Source of the DNA: Sarea resinae
Lineage: Eukaryota
Reading direction: 5' to 3'
Assembly: GCA_026026165.1 (NCBI GenBank)
Contig: JAPEUD010000006.1
Span: 186,001-250,000 of the forward strand
Length of the DNA stretch: 64,000 nt
Below the pieces are notes generated by a model, which saw only the letters and a list, made by a program, of their open reading frames with translations, was not told the origin of the DNA and searched no databases. Made by a program: the position numbers and the translations under genes. Positions 38,356 through 51,590 of this stretch are shown here, in pieces (position 1 is the stretch's first letter; each line of letters opens with the position of its first letter).

Positions 38356-40124
38356 ATCTGCAAAGACGCTGTAGTCACGTAGGCAAGCCGGGTCTCTTTG
38401 GGACCCGGTCGTATCAGCGCGGGGCCGTAATCCAGCTCACTTCAACTCCAAGTCAAATAGCGGTCGACATCGATGAGCGCGCACTGGTTGACGTTTTCTT
38501 CTGAAGTGCAGTCCCATGTAATAGAATGAGACGCTCGATGCATACACGGAAAGGGAAGTGGTGAGAGTAAGAGCGGCGACTGTTTTGATGATATACGGCT
38601 CGCAAGTGACCAGCCGTCGAGATGAATCTCGTAAACAGTGCCGCGAACGGCGCTCTTTCACATCGTCACTTGCTCCTTTGCATCTGCTCGGCGCCAGAGC
38701 CAATGGATCAACTCATGCCCTGGCTTGGTGACTGCTAGCATGACCCTTGACTGCGGATTACCGCGGATTACTGCGTAAGACTGCGCAAACCCTCTGCTCT
38801 AATAGATAACACACTGCGACCATTAAACGCAGGTAGTGCACCTAGAGGAACGTGGCTTAGACCGACCCGCTTGAGGGGTCAGAGCCCTCGACAGCTGGAG
38901 GTACTTGGTGCTTGGACTCGTTTCCGAGGGCGACTTGTGCCATCAAACGTCTACAGCGTACCCCGCCCCCCACCATGGATGAAGTTGGGCTGGTCTACTC
39001 CGGAGTACATTCGCCCTTAGGTACCGTAGCTTACCTTAGGCAGTACCTAAGCCATTGATCCAATTTGACATGACCTTAAGTAGTACTATGTAGTAGAGTA
39101 GTGGCTGGAGAGCAGACTCTACTCCGTACAGCGTCGAGACATCGTGCCACCACTCCTGGAGCGGGTCCTTCAGGCACTTCCAACACTTCCAACAAACCTT
39201 CGAGTTGCTCGTCTGCAATTGGTCGCTCGAAGAAGGGTCGCAGCAGGAGATCACGGATCATTATTGATGGGCTTCAGGGATTGTGGCAGGTCGCTGGCCT
39301 CCCAACCCCCTGATCCATCTCCCGTCAATAGTTGTCAATCATTCCAATAGTATTCGTGCGGTGGACTTTAGGCAACAGCAGCAGCAACAGCAACAACAAC
39401 AGCCGCCTTCCGAGAGCATTTGTCAGAAGCCATCTGCTTCGTGCGACGACACCCTTTCGAGGTTGTGATCTCCTGGGTCAATGTCCGGTGTAGCCGTCGA
39501 CCTTGTGCAGCGAAGTCGACGCCGACACTCACCTCACCGTCGAAGTGAAGTGGAGTGGCTCGAGTGCCAGGCGCCTTGGTCATCCAGTGCCTTCATCATG
39601 GCTGTGGGTGGATGGATGGGAGATGTGGAGAAGATGCCTTGACAGGACATCATCTACGAATGTACTTCATAGTGGCACTCCCCGGGCGGTGTCTCGGGTC
39701 CCTCGGTCGCTAAATCACAGAAGGCCCGAGAGGGCGTCCCGGGCCCCCTTGGGTCCTCAACCAGGGTTGAGCAGCCGAAAGACAACATAGCGCATACCGC
39801 GGGAGCCAGGGACTGAATACATCCTTAGTATACGTAGTAGCTGGAGGTGACGATGGACTGGATGCCAGCGAGAGTTTCCAGCTGATATAGTACATCTCCG
39901 TTGGAGGGAGAGGAGGCAGGGACACGAGAGATACAGGGCATGAAGGACAGACCTCCACTCCTCCATCCCTCTAGGGCTCGTTGACTCCAGACTCAAGGCC
40001 GGTTGGCTGCATCACACAAGGTTTCCCTGATGTTCATCATTCTTGAGTAAGGTAGGTGTTCCATCCAATCTCACTGCCCATGTAACGAGCACAATGGTGC
40101 CGTACGGACGTACCCATGGTGCAC

Positions 40125-40155
40125 GGTAGGTAGGTAGGTAGGTAGGTAGGTAGGT
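40125..40155. repeat. (TAGG)7 microsatellite
   Basis: Read directly. Confidence 0.9.
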
Positions 40156-40879
40156 CCTAAGGTATACTTCGTATGTACACCTTACTCCTCGTACCTCAAT
40201 CTAGACTCCAGCTGTTATTCCCGCCACTTGAGCACCCCAAAGTCTCAAGGGCGGAGGGAACCCTGGTACCACTTCTGCAGTATGTCAGAGCTGGACAGTT
40301 CTGTGTAAAACCCATGCAGCCATGAGTTCCAACACTCGCCTGCATGCTGATCCCACTGTCCCACTGTTGCTAGCCATATCATGTCGCGTGCGAGTCCTAC
40401 ATAGTATGCCATGTCTGCTTCCCTTGGCATCCCGGATGCAGACCAGGAGTCGTCGTCGTGGGCGAAGACCTCCCGGGCTGAAACGGTCGATCCGCCGATG
40501 CTGTATGAGGCAAGGCTGAGGGCTCTTCCCTCGCCCAGACGTACATCTGGAGAAAGTCTTAAAGATCATCATCCGTCATCTTTTGCTTCTACTTCTACTT
40601 TTCTTGGCTACCGTGCTTGCTTGTGTGATCGCCGCCTTTGTGGTTATTCGTTGGTCCCGAAGTGATTGGAATTCCCCGGCGCTGGCTTGCCTTCTTTCTC
40701 CCACAAGGTGGTGCTGAAGCGTCCCGTAGCTTCCTGAGTCCAAACGGACCCTGGATCGTTGAGGCGCCGCTATCGAGCGGAGGTAAGTCTTTCGCTTTAC
40801 AGCTCACCCACAAAGCTTCGAATGTGCTGACGGGATTCGTAAGTTTACGACTGAGAGCTTGCCACCCCGTCGTAGAGCT

Positions 40880-43800
40880 ATGGCTACCTTGATCGCCTCA
40901 AGTCCTCCCATGCACCTCCCCTCGGAGCCCCACCCAGGTCCGGAGAAGATGGAAACGTCATCTCTGCCTCCAGTCAACACCAGCCTTGATGATCACCCTG
41001 TGGACAAGCCTGCATCTGGCACTGGGAGCTCTCCTGTACATTCAGAGTCATCGCGAAGTCTGAGGACTACCAGCAGTCGTTCGGATCCTGAGCCAGGCGA
41101 TGAACGCTCAGGGAATCTCGCGGAAGTTCAAGAGATAGAACGTCCAGCAGAAAATGACGTCCCGCGTCCGCCTACGCCTATTACTAGGTATCCCAGTGTC
41201 GAACGCCTGGGTCCACCGGGAGAAGCAAAGCAACTCAAAAGCTACCTAGAGTATATTGAGACCATGGAAGATCGCGTGGCTCGGATCGAGAAGAGGCTCA
41301 GGAAATTGGACGAGGATGGTGTAGATCTCAAGAAATCGGACAAGAAACCTCCGAAACATATTCCAGTGATCCCGAAGATGCGTCGTGTGAGATGGTTTGA
41401 GTTCAAGAATAAATTTTCCGAGGACGATAAACCTTATGCGATCGAGCTTCTCACTGGGCCAGCCAGATACTTCTGGCAGCTCGCTGCCGACAAGAAGAAG
41501 AACAAAAGGATGATCGCCTCGGGCGAACAGCAAACAGAGGATGCAAAGGAACCAACCCTTCCGGCAGACAAGAGCCCCTCACTGAAGGAGTTACCAGAGC
41601 GAATTCGAATCAATTCAATGCCTATTGTCACCCTTATGGGAGAGATCAGTTCAGAAGATTGGGCACTCGAGCCAACGCTAGTCCTGAGACCTTTCAAAAT
41701 CTTGATATACCATGAGAAAGCCATCAGGGATCACCTGAGCAAGCTGGAGACTAAGTGGGGTGCTATCGAGAAGGAAGAGACTGAGAAAGCCAATGCCGAA
41801 TCGACCGACTCCAAAAACGATGAGCCCAGTCCAGTCAACCTCAACTCACCAAAGGACATTCCTTCGAGTGCATTCCACGAATCGCCGAGGCAAACATCTA
41901 GCACTTTGACCCCATCTGTCTCTGCGGTTGAAGTCAATGCAGTGCCAGAAGTCAAACCAAAACTGCCTGACCAACAAGCAACGCCTACCGAGAACGCAAC
42001 CAGTCCTGCAGACACTGACGGTGGCGCCCGATCGGACCCCAGTAACGCTAATGAGACTCCCAACTTTCCCAAGTCTCCCAAGTCTCCTAAAATGGCACCA
42101 ACAACGGATGAATTGATTGACAGTGTGGAAGCGCTGAGGGACATTCGCTGTCTTGTAGAGTTTATGGACAACGAAGTCTTTCCGGTGGCGAACCGCTTCA
42201 AAGATGGGTCGTGTCGAACAATTCGCTTCAATGAGCTGTGGCACCTCTACAAGCCGGGCGATGAGGTGTTTGCTCCTCTGGGCAAGAAATCAACCTCAAC
42301 TGCGAAGTCGGACGCGTCAACAAAAGGATCCGCCGCCAGGCATACCGAAACGGTCTTGCCAGGGACGCAAAAAACTCATAAAAGATATCAATCTTCCTGG
42401 CGGGTCTTATCAACAGCGAATGGAAGGACTCGTCTTTCTGCAGAAGACGACGAAGGCGACGGAAAGCCGAAGCAGCCCGTCGATGCCTTTTTGGTGGATT
42501 GCTATTATCTTGATTTTGATGGTAAACGCGTCCGGCCCATCACACATACATTCGCAATCCCACCCTTTGAAGAGGAAAGAGACGTCACTTCGCTTGAAAT
42601 ATATCCCTGGCAATTTGTGGACAGCGCGGCGGAGATCAGAAACGACCTGAAAAAAAGAGGCGAAGCTTTCCGGAGATTTGCAACGTCCAAACACAGTTAT
42701 TGTAGCGGACCAAGCCTTCTCTGCCATCCTTGCGGATGTCCTATCTTTGAATTTGATAAGAAGCATGTCGAAAATATCGAGAGCGAGGTAATAGTCGATT
42801 TCAACGAAGCGCTTCAATCCGATCGAGATTGGGTCTTGAATACGTCCCTGGCGCCGCTTTCTTCGGAGACGAAGGAGCTGAATGAGACTTATCCGAAATT
42901 CATCTGGAAGGATCACGATACAAAGGAGATTGACCGGGAAGTAGATGAGTTCATGCATTATGATGATTATATGGATAGAGTACGATCAAGGGAATTTTCG
43001 AACAAGGAACCGTTTTTGAAGGACGACAATGAGCCAGCGGACCCGGATGCGATCACCGATATCGAGTTCCGTGACAAAGACATCATCCTTCTTCCCAATA
43101 GGGTCTTCGCATTTGTCCTCAAAACCAGAAAATTCGGTACGGTGTTCTTTTTCCTCAGTCTTTCCTGGATGCTCACAGTATACGATAGCACTTGTTAGAG
43201 TTGAGGATCTCCGAGCCATCAAACCGCAATTAGATGGGTTTAATAATTTGAAATTACAGCCTGGCCACAAGACAATGGTACAGGCGCTGGTAAGGAGTCA
43301 CTTTACGGAAAAGGTCTCCAAAATGTCGGAGGGAGAGGAAGCCTTGGAATTCGATCTCGTTCGCGGCAAGGGTGAGTGCAGTAAACATTTCTATCAGGTC
43401 AATGGACTGCATGACTTGGTTTGAAATGAAGCTCAAACAGACCAACATTGGGGCCTCAAAACGGTCCTTTATAGTGCCAACCAGTCATATACTGACAAAG
43501 ATTCTAGGTAAGGGACTTATCGTGCTCCTGCATGGGGCACCTGGGACTGGCAAAACCTCGACAGCGGGTAAGTTCGAGTCAATGATAGATATATATATTC
43601 TGGATACTGATTTTGAGGTCAAGAATGTGTTGCTGCGGCTAATGGCAAGCCTTTGTTTCCCATAACCTGCGGTAAGTTCAACTAAACACATTTTCTGGGG
43701 AAAGTATCTCATGAGTATCACAGGAGATCTTGGCCTTTCGGCTCCAGACGTTGAAAGAGAACTCAACGACATATTCCACCTTGCCCAACAGTGGGACTGC

Positions 43801-44903
43801 GTGCTCCTGCTCGACGAGGCCGACGTCTTCTTAGCACAGAGAACCAAAACCGATCTCAAGCGTAACAGTCTCGTGTCTGGTATGCAAGCAGTCCAAGCGC
43901 AGATAGTCCATATACTGACTACCCAGTTTTCCTCCGTGTCCTTGAGTACTATACTGGAATACTGTTCCTAACCACGAACCGAGTGGGAGCATTCGATGAG
44001 GCGTTCAAATCTCGTATCCACATGAGTTTATATTATCCGCCATTGGACGAAGCCCAGACGTACGCCATTTGGGAGATGAATCTAGATCGAACCGTAAAGA
44101 GAAAGCAAGGCATGATGGATTGTGAAAAGGGCGACATCATGAATTTCGCAATAGCCCATTATAGAGATACCTTTCCGACGGAATCGAACTGGAACGGAAG
44201 GCAAATACGAAACGCCTTCATAACGGCCTCGAGCTTGGCAGAATACGAGAAGACCAAGGAAGACAAGCGCCGAAAAGCCGAATCCAAGTCGGACGTTCCA
44301 TTCGGCCTCGCGAAGCTGGAACGGAAACACTTCGTGACTGTCGCTCAAGCATCTCAGGATTTCGACGATTACATTGCGAAGACGATAGGCCAGACAGACG
44401 CAGAGCGAGCGCTCAACAGCTCCGAACGAGCTGACAATTTCCGATCGTCGCGGATCGCCTACCAGCAACGCGATCAAGCGATGACATTCCGGGGAGGACT
44501 CCCTCCAGTTAAGCAGAACCAGTATCAGTGGCCCCAGCAGGCCAATACTGGCGAGCCTTCTTATCCTGCAATGCAGCAGCTGGGTCCACCACAAGTGCAG
44601 CCATCGGTCCCGGGAACGACACCTCCTATGGCACAGCGCTTTGCACAAGGGCAACCAGGGCAACCAGGTCCGCCATCTGAATACCCATACAAGCCGGTCC
44701 AACAACCCGGCCCTTCTCCTCAATGGCCACAGTCATCTATCCAGCACAACTCGGAGTCGATGTCGTACCAAGCACAATCTTCGCAGGCTACTAACGCTGG
44801 TGGTTCGCGATGGGTTCCAGGATCCCCATCGGGCCGGCGCCCCATTGACAACCTGCCTCGGCAAGAAAGTCGACGAGGGTACTACGAGGACGACGACTTC
44901 TAG
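40880..44903 (+). CDS. Large fungal AAA+ ATPase with long N-terminal domain and P/Q-rich tail
   Basis: LPERIRINS..RPFKIL, IRFNELWHLYKPGDEV, YLDFDG, FDLVRGKG|KGLIVLLHGAPGTGKT (Walker A), CVLLLDEADVFL (Walker B), LTTNRVGAFDEAFKSRIH (sensor 1/Arg finger), WNGRQIRNAF (sensor 2). About 5 introns at 43137-43927; probable 5'UTR intron from 40783. Confidence 0.9.
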
Positions 44904-45601
44904 AGCAGTGAGCATGCGCAGCCATGTCTTGTCACGATTACTGCATTGGGAAATGCGATCTGTATGTTATCGTCATCCATAGGGTTTGGGAAATTGTGAC
45001 TAGGCCCCGCTTCTGGTAGTATCGTACCTCGGGAATGCAAATTTGGATTGAAACAATGTCCAATTTCAAAACATCAGTCGCCGAGGTCAGATGAGATGCA
45101 TTCAGGACTTGCCCGCGGAGAACGAGACGATACTCTGGAGTACCTAGTATGAAGGACTACGTCGTAAAGCAAATACGGGGTAAGACTCCTGCGGGTAAGG
45201 CTGGGGGACTGTACTCGTACAGATGTGGGGATGGGGAGAGAAGGTCCCATAACAAATGCATGTGAAATAATCCGAATGTGAACGTGAGAGGGAAATGCCG
45301 TCGTCTGATTGGCTGAGCCCGATGCCGAGGCATGACCGCATCGAGTCTCCCTCCGACAATCGACTGCCCCGGGGTCGTACCCGTGGTACTGCAGTAATCG
45401 TGGTATTCATCCTCCGCAGACAAGAAAGGGCACGCGTGATCTGATGATGATGATGATGATGGTGATGATGAATCAGACACTTCATGAACAGTCAACAAAT
45501 GCTTGAGTGACTCTCTATTATCATCATCATACGTGAACCACCTGCCTCTGTCCTTCCACCCTCGGTCCCAAATGACACCCGCATCGACACCATCAACCAC
45601 C

Positions 45602-47062
45602 ATGTCTGGAGGTAAGTCAATAGAGGAGCATCTGGAGCTGGTAGACCCAGACACTGATCGTCGACGGTACGTCTAGCTCAACAGAGGCTATCACAGGTGG
45701 CCAGCCACCTCAGCTCGTCCGAATCGGACATCAAGCGCGGTCGGGAGAGCGTCCTCAGCAAAGGCCCCGATGATGTACGTCTGATAGCTCCTAGAGACTC
45801 GTGACCTTTCCTGACATCCTCCAGATCGTCATCACCGCTGCCCTCCGCACGCCCCTCACCAAGGGCGGCAAAGGCAGCTTCAAAGACACGGCAGCGGCCG
45901 ACCTCCTCCATGGAGCTTTCAAAGCTCTGATCTCACGTTCGGGCATCGATCCCAAGCTCGTTGAGGATATAGCAGTGGGCACCGTCCTTGCCCCCGGAGG
46001 TGGCGCCACCGAGTTTCGCGCTGCCGCTCTCGTAGCAGGCTTCCCCGAGTCCACGGCCGTCAAAGCTCTCAACCGACAATGCAGCAGTGGGCTTCAAGCG
46101 TGCGTCGACATCGCCAACGAGATCCGCTCGGGCATGATCGAGATTGGTGTTGGCGCCGGTGTCGAGAGCATGAGCTCGCAATACGGGTGAGTCTCGCTAC
46201 ACCTCTTCACTCCATGCTCGAAATATTCTCACCAGAATCTCTCTAACCTCGGTCTTAAAACAGACCTGGCGCTGTGACCGAATTCTCCGAACTTCTCGAA
46301 TCTCACCCCGAGTCGAAAAACTGCAAAGTCCCGATGGGCGTGCTCTCGGAGAAGATGGCACAAGACCGGCACATCTCGCGCGCGGACCAAGACGCCTTCG
46401 CCGCGTCGTCGTACCAGAAAGCCGTCAAAGCGCAAGCGGCGGGTCTCTTCGATGCCGAAATCGCCCCCCTTACAGTGAAGTGGACGGACCCGAAGACGGA
46501 CGAGGAGAAAGAGATCACCGTGTCAAAGGACGACGGGATCAGAGACGGAATCACCGCCGAGAGCCTCGGCAAGATCAAACCGGCCTTTTCAAAGACCGGC
46601 TCCATCCACGCGGGAAACGCGTCGCAGATCTCCGACGGCGCCGCCGCGGTGCTCCTCATGAAGCGCTCGACGGCCGAGCGACTGGGCCAGCAGATCATCG
46701 GCAAATACGTGACGGCGTCCGTGGTGGGCGTGCCGCCACTACTAATGGGCATCGGGCCGTGGAAAGCCATTCCCGTGGCGCTGGCCCGAGCCGGCCTCGC
46801 CAAGGACGACGTCGACCTCTTCGAGATCAACGAGGCCTTTGCCAGCCAGTGTCTGTGGTGCATGCGCGAGCTGGGCCTCGACGAGCGCAAGGTCAATCCC
46901 AAGGGCGGCGCCATTGCCTTTGGCCATCCGCTCGGCTGCACGGGCGCCAGGCAGGTCAGCACGCTGATGACGGAGCTCGGCCGCACGGGTGGCCGCGTCG
47001 GCGTCACCAGCATGTGTATTGGGACTGGGATGGGCATGGCCGCGGTTTGGGTCAAGGAGTGA
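45602..47062 (+). CDS. POT1: Peroxisomal 3-ketoacyl-CoA thiolase with PTS2
   Basis: Exons 45602-45611, 45677-45774, 45825-46186, 46265-47062. PTS2 RLSQVASHL; NRQCSSGL, EINEAF, GHPLG and CIGTGMG motifs. Confidence 0.95.
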
Positions 47063-47141
47063 TCTTTTCTTTTTTTCGACGAGTATTTCTGGTCGGGCTT
47101 CCCCTCCCCTCTTCTCCACTCGCGCACTGGGTTGGATTATG

Positions 47142-47188
<47 letters not shown>
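47142..47188. repeat. (TCTA)~12 microsatellite in thiolase 3' region
   Basis: Read directly. Confidence 0.95.
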
Positions 47189-47611
47189 CCAGTAGGGCGA
47201 GAGAAAAACGGGGACGGGAATATTGTCCGGGGCGGAAATGGGATATACGTTCTGTTCGCCGTGTCAAGAATCGAGCTAATGTTACCTCTGATACTCTGCC
47301 TGCAACGGGCAACGGGGATCCTCCCTGCCTTGAAACATGATCTTGGCTCCGGCTGTCTCTCTGATATGTAAAAGCTTCGTGCTCCGTCTGCCATGAATCT
47401 GTCGGCCCGTGAGCCGCATCCACGTACTTCCTTTCGACGCTATATATACCCAGCCCTCGAGCCTCCAGCCCATTCATCCATCCATCCATCCAACTCATCT
47501 GAAAATCTATCCCCGCTCCCTCTCCCTCTTCCTCCCTCGCCAATAAATAAGACCCCTCCCCGCCTCCCCAAGATCCCACAGACCCCGAAATCTCACAGAC
47601 GCCACAAAATC

Positions 47612-48881
47612 CTACAATTTCCCCTTTCCGCGATACTTGCCAAACGCCTCCTTGACACCGCACACGCCGGCCTTGACATCCGCGAGCACGTGTTCATCGG
47701 CCGCGACGATTTCAGGGAGGATGGCGAGGACGGCCGCGAGGTGCGCCGCCGGGATCACAACCGTGCCTTCGAGCGCGTCGCAGAAGATGGTGTCGCCCTG
47801 TTTTCGTTCGGTGAAAGTTAGGGTTCGGGTAAGGGATGTTTGGTTTTTGGGAGAGGGAGGACGGGGGAAGGGGGAATGGGAAAAGTGTGAGGATGGGGGG
47901 GGAAGAGAATTGGGTAAGGATTTACCTACCGGATGGATGAGCGTGCCGCCGATTTCGATCTCGACGTTGATGGCGTGCGGGACTGCCTCGGCCGCTGTGC
48001 CGACCGTGGAGGTCGAGTGCGCGAAGACCTGCCCGTGAACCCAGCTGGTCAGTTGCTCTGCTCTGCCCTGCTATGCGCTCTTCTTCTCTCGTTTGCTCTC
48101 GTCTGCTCTCGTCTGCTCTCGTCTGCTCTGCTCTCCTCTCCTTTGCTCTCCGCGCGTCAATAAGAAAGGCAAACATACAGGAAAGTCCAGACTCCTCAAC
48201 TCCCCGAGATCGCGGATGCGGCCCCCGACGACGACGCCTCGCGCCCCGCACGCCCGCATCCGCGCCGCCATGATGCCGCCCAGCACGGCGCATTTCTGGC
48301 CCGGGGGCTGCGCGAGCACGGGGATGTGGCCGGCGGGCGTGAGGTCGACGTAGTGCGTGCCTGGTGGGATGTTGGCTGGTGGGAGGCTGGGTGAGGGTGA
48401 GGGCCAGGAGGAGGAGGAGGGCGTCTGCTTCGTGGTGTGCGGTGTTGGGGTGGAGGCTTGTGGGGCGGGGGCGGGGGCGTCTTTCGCGGCGAAGAGAACG
48501 GGGAAGGCGGGCCCGATTACTTTCGGTTGCGTGGCGAGGTTTGGGGAGTGTGGTGCGTTGGGTGCGTAGGGGTCTGGGGTGGAAAAGTGTTAGTGGGAGG
48601 GTGAGAGATGGAGGCGTGTGGATTGAAGGGGGGAGGAGGTACGCAGGTCCGAGATGAAGCCCGCTGAGGGCACCTTCAGCTTGAGAAGGGCATCTGAAAT
48701 CTGTTGGCGGGGGCTATTCAGCTATTTTGGGACACGCAGTTGAGGATAGATTGCAGGGCGGAGAGGAATTGCGGTTGATAGGGACGGGGCGTGGTGGGGG
48801 TGGGGCGGGGGATATAGAGAAAAGGGCGCATACGTCGCAGGCGGAATATTCATGCAGAGCGGCGAGCTGTTCCGATGTCAT
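47612..48881 (-). CDS. RraA-like / HMG-CHA aldolase family protein
   Basis: Five exons: MTSEQLAALHEYSACD|ISDALLKL..|..CAVLGGIMAARMRACGARGVVVGGRIRD..|VFAHSTSTVG..IHP|GDTIFCDALEGTVVIP..VKEAFGKYRGKGKL-stop. Confidence 0.88.
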
Positions 48882-49258
48882 GGCTGAATCCTGTCAATTA
48901 ACGACTATTATGTTTTTGGCGTGCAGCAATGATGATGATGACGACGACGGTGATAATGATCTGTTGTTGATATTGATATAGAGAGACGGAGGGACGGAGC
49001 TCTTGTTATCGGCCGCGATACGCAGATGGCTCGCTAAAGACGGACGTCATATCAGATGTAAGAGGGTCCCCCAAATACTGCCGCATGAAGCCTCACCGCT
49101 TTCGTAGCCCACTCTGCTCAGTCTTCAATGCTCTGCAGAATCTCCAATTTCACGACATCCTCCGCCCCACCGCCGTCCCTTCTCTCTCTCACCAGCACCC
49201 AGAGGCTCAAATACAGTCTTAGCCTCTGGACGCACTGATCTCAAGCCACTCCGCAGCA

Positions 49259-51336
49259 ATGGCCTCCGCCGAACAGGTCCAGGCGCTCACGCACTGGGCC
49301 CAATCGCACGGCGGTTCCATATCCCCCCACGTCACACTAACATCCACCCCGTCGCACGGCTCTCACCTCCTCGTCAACACCCCGCTTTCAGCCCAAACTC
49401 GCGTCCTTAACTGCCCGCACACAATCACTCTATCGTACCTCAATGCCACGGCCACGGCGCCTTTCCAGCGCCACGGTCCCCCGTTCCCAGACGCTTTCCT
49501 GCGGACACTCCCCGCGCAGACCGTTACGGTCTTTTTTCTGTGCCAGCAGTATCTGCTCGGCGAGGAGAGCTTCTGGGCTCCGTACATAAACGTGCTTCCT
49601 GGACCGAATGAACCCGATCGTCTGGGTACGCCACTATGGTTCGACGAGGAAGATCGGCTATGGTTGCGGGGCACCAACGTCGAGAAGGGATATCAGGACC
49701 GAGAGGTCGAGTGGGAGAGACTATGGGAAGAGGGCTGTCGGATACTTGATAAGGAGCATTTCGACCGTACGGGCTATACGTGGTGCGTGGACCTCCCATC
49801 GATTTCCGCTACCCCCTTTCCCTCTGATCTTCACATCTAATTGGTTTTTTCTCTCCTAGGCTACTCGCAAAATGGGCCGCCACAATACTCAGCTCAAGGA
49901 GCTTCATTTCTTCTCTACTTCTTGACGCATTACCACAGGAACAACGAGACAGTAATGAGATCTCGAGGACAATGAAGAACAACAAGGACAATACTCTCCA
50001 AGAAACATTCCCCGTTCTCTTCCCTCTAGTGGATATGCTAGATCACCGCGGCACGGCGAAGATCGGCTGGCGGACCAGCGAGAAAGAATTGACTTTGTGT
50101 ACAGAGGAGGAGGTCGGGGCGGGTGGCAGGATATATAACAATTACGGGCCGAAGAGCAACGAAGAACGTAAATGACTCTCCTCCCCTCTCATTCTCTCAT
50201 TCTCTCTCTCTCTCTCTTCCTCTCCTTTCTTTCTCCCTCCTAGCTCACCAAAACTGTAGTCCTACTAGGATACGGGTTCTGTCTGCCATCCAACCCCTGC
50301 GACCAATTCGCCCTGAGGTTACGCGCCACGGCCACAGCCACGGCAGCCGCTCCCTCCAACCCTGCCGCCTCAGCAGAGACGCTCTACTACGTCCGCCCCG
50401 CCACACATTACACGGGCGGCTACCCGTCGCCGTACCCCGAACTCCGCCCGTTCCCACCAGAGCTCCTAGCCATTTTCGCGCGGCTCGTGGCGAACGAGCA
50501 AGAACTCTCCACCCTGAATGCCACATCCACATCCACATCCACATCCACATCGGCCCCAGCCCCAACCCCGGCCCCGAAAAACGAACCAGACACAGACCCA
50601 GCAAACCCCCTCTTCGAACCCCTCTCAGGCCTCCTCTCCAAGCACCCACGGATCCACTTCGCACTGCTCTCGCAGCTCCTGCTCGGCCTGCGCCAAAAGC
50701 ACGCCGGCATAGCGCAACACACGTCATCGCTGCCACGAACGCCGCAGACGGCGCGCCAAGCGAGCGCGCAGCTCTACCGCGACGGCCAACTCGCGATCCT
50801 CGGGAGCGTGATCGCGGGCCTGGAAGCGCGTCTCTCGGCCGCTCTGGTGGTGGTGGCCGCGCGGACGCCGACGCCGACGCCGACGGAGCGCGACGAACTG
50901 CTCGATCTCGGCCCCGCCGTCGCCGCGCTCTCGCTCCTGCGACCTCGCCTGCGCACGACGTTCCTACGCGGACTGGAAGACGCGTTGGGCAGTGGCGATG
51001 TCGCCACGCTCCGGGAAGCGGGGTGGGAGGAAGGCGTCTGGGTCCTGTGGGTCGCGGTTGCGTTTATCTGTTCGCGGGACCTTGATGGTGGAAGAGCCGG
51101 AACCGCAACCGCAACCGGAACCGGAACCGGAACCGCAATCGCGCCGCTTGAGGACGAGAGGAATACAACAAAGGAAGAGGAAGATGAAGAGGGAGGAGAA
51201 GATCAAGACGCGCGGGCGGCCGGCCCCACAGCCAAGACCCTACGCGGTTTTCTGGACCGGCTAGGCACGACCTATCCTTTCCCTCTCCCCATCGCCATCC
51301 CTCTCGGCCAACAAAACCGCCAAGGAGAACTCGATC

Positions 51337-51370
<34 letters not shown>

Positions 51371-51590
51371 AGAGATAGCCGAACTCAGCTCCTTGGCCCA
51401 ATCCTTTGCGTTCGCTTCCACGACGACCCCATTATCATCGTCATCATCATCGTTGCAGGCCCTGAGCCCCGCCGTCCTGCGCTGGGCGCGCCATGTCGTG
51501 CGCGAGGAGGCGTTTGGCGTCGTCTTGGATGCGGCCGAGCCCGAAGCAGAGACGGGTGGCGCGGGTATGTTGGTCGTGTGTTTGGGTTAG
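49259..51590 (+). CDS. SET-domain protein-lysine methyltransferase (Rkm1/Efm1-like)
   Basis: Exons 49259-49782, 49860-50167, 50260-51590. SFWAPYINVLP, TPLWF..LRGTN, WAATILSSRSF, LFPLVDMLDH, YNNYGPKSNEELLLGYGF. Confidence 0.87.

Noticed and set aside
46303..47340. 274-aa antisense and 286-aa shifted ORFs over the thiolase
   Set aside because: Shadows of a GC3-rich CDS.
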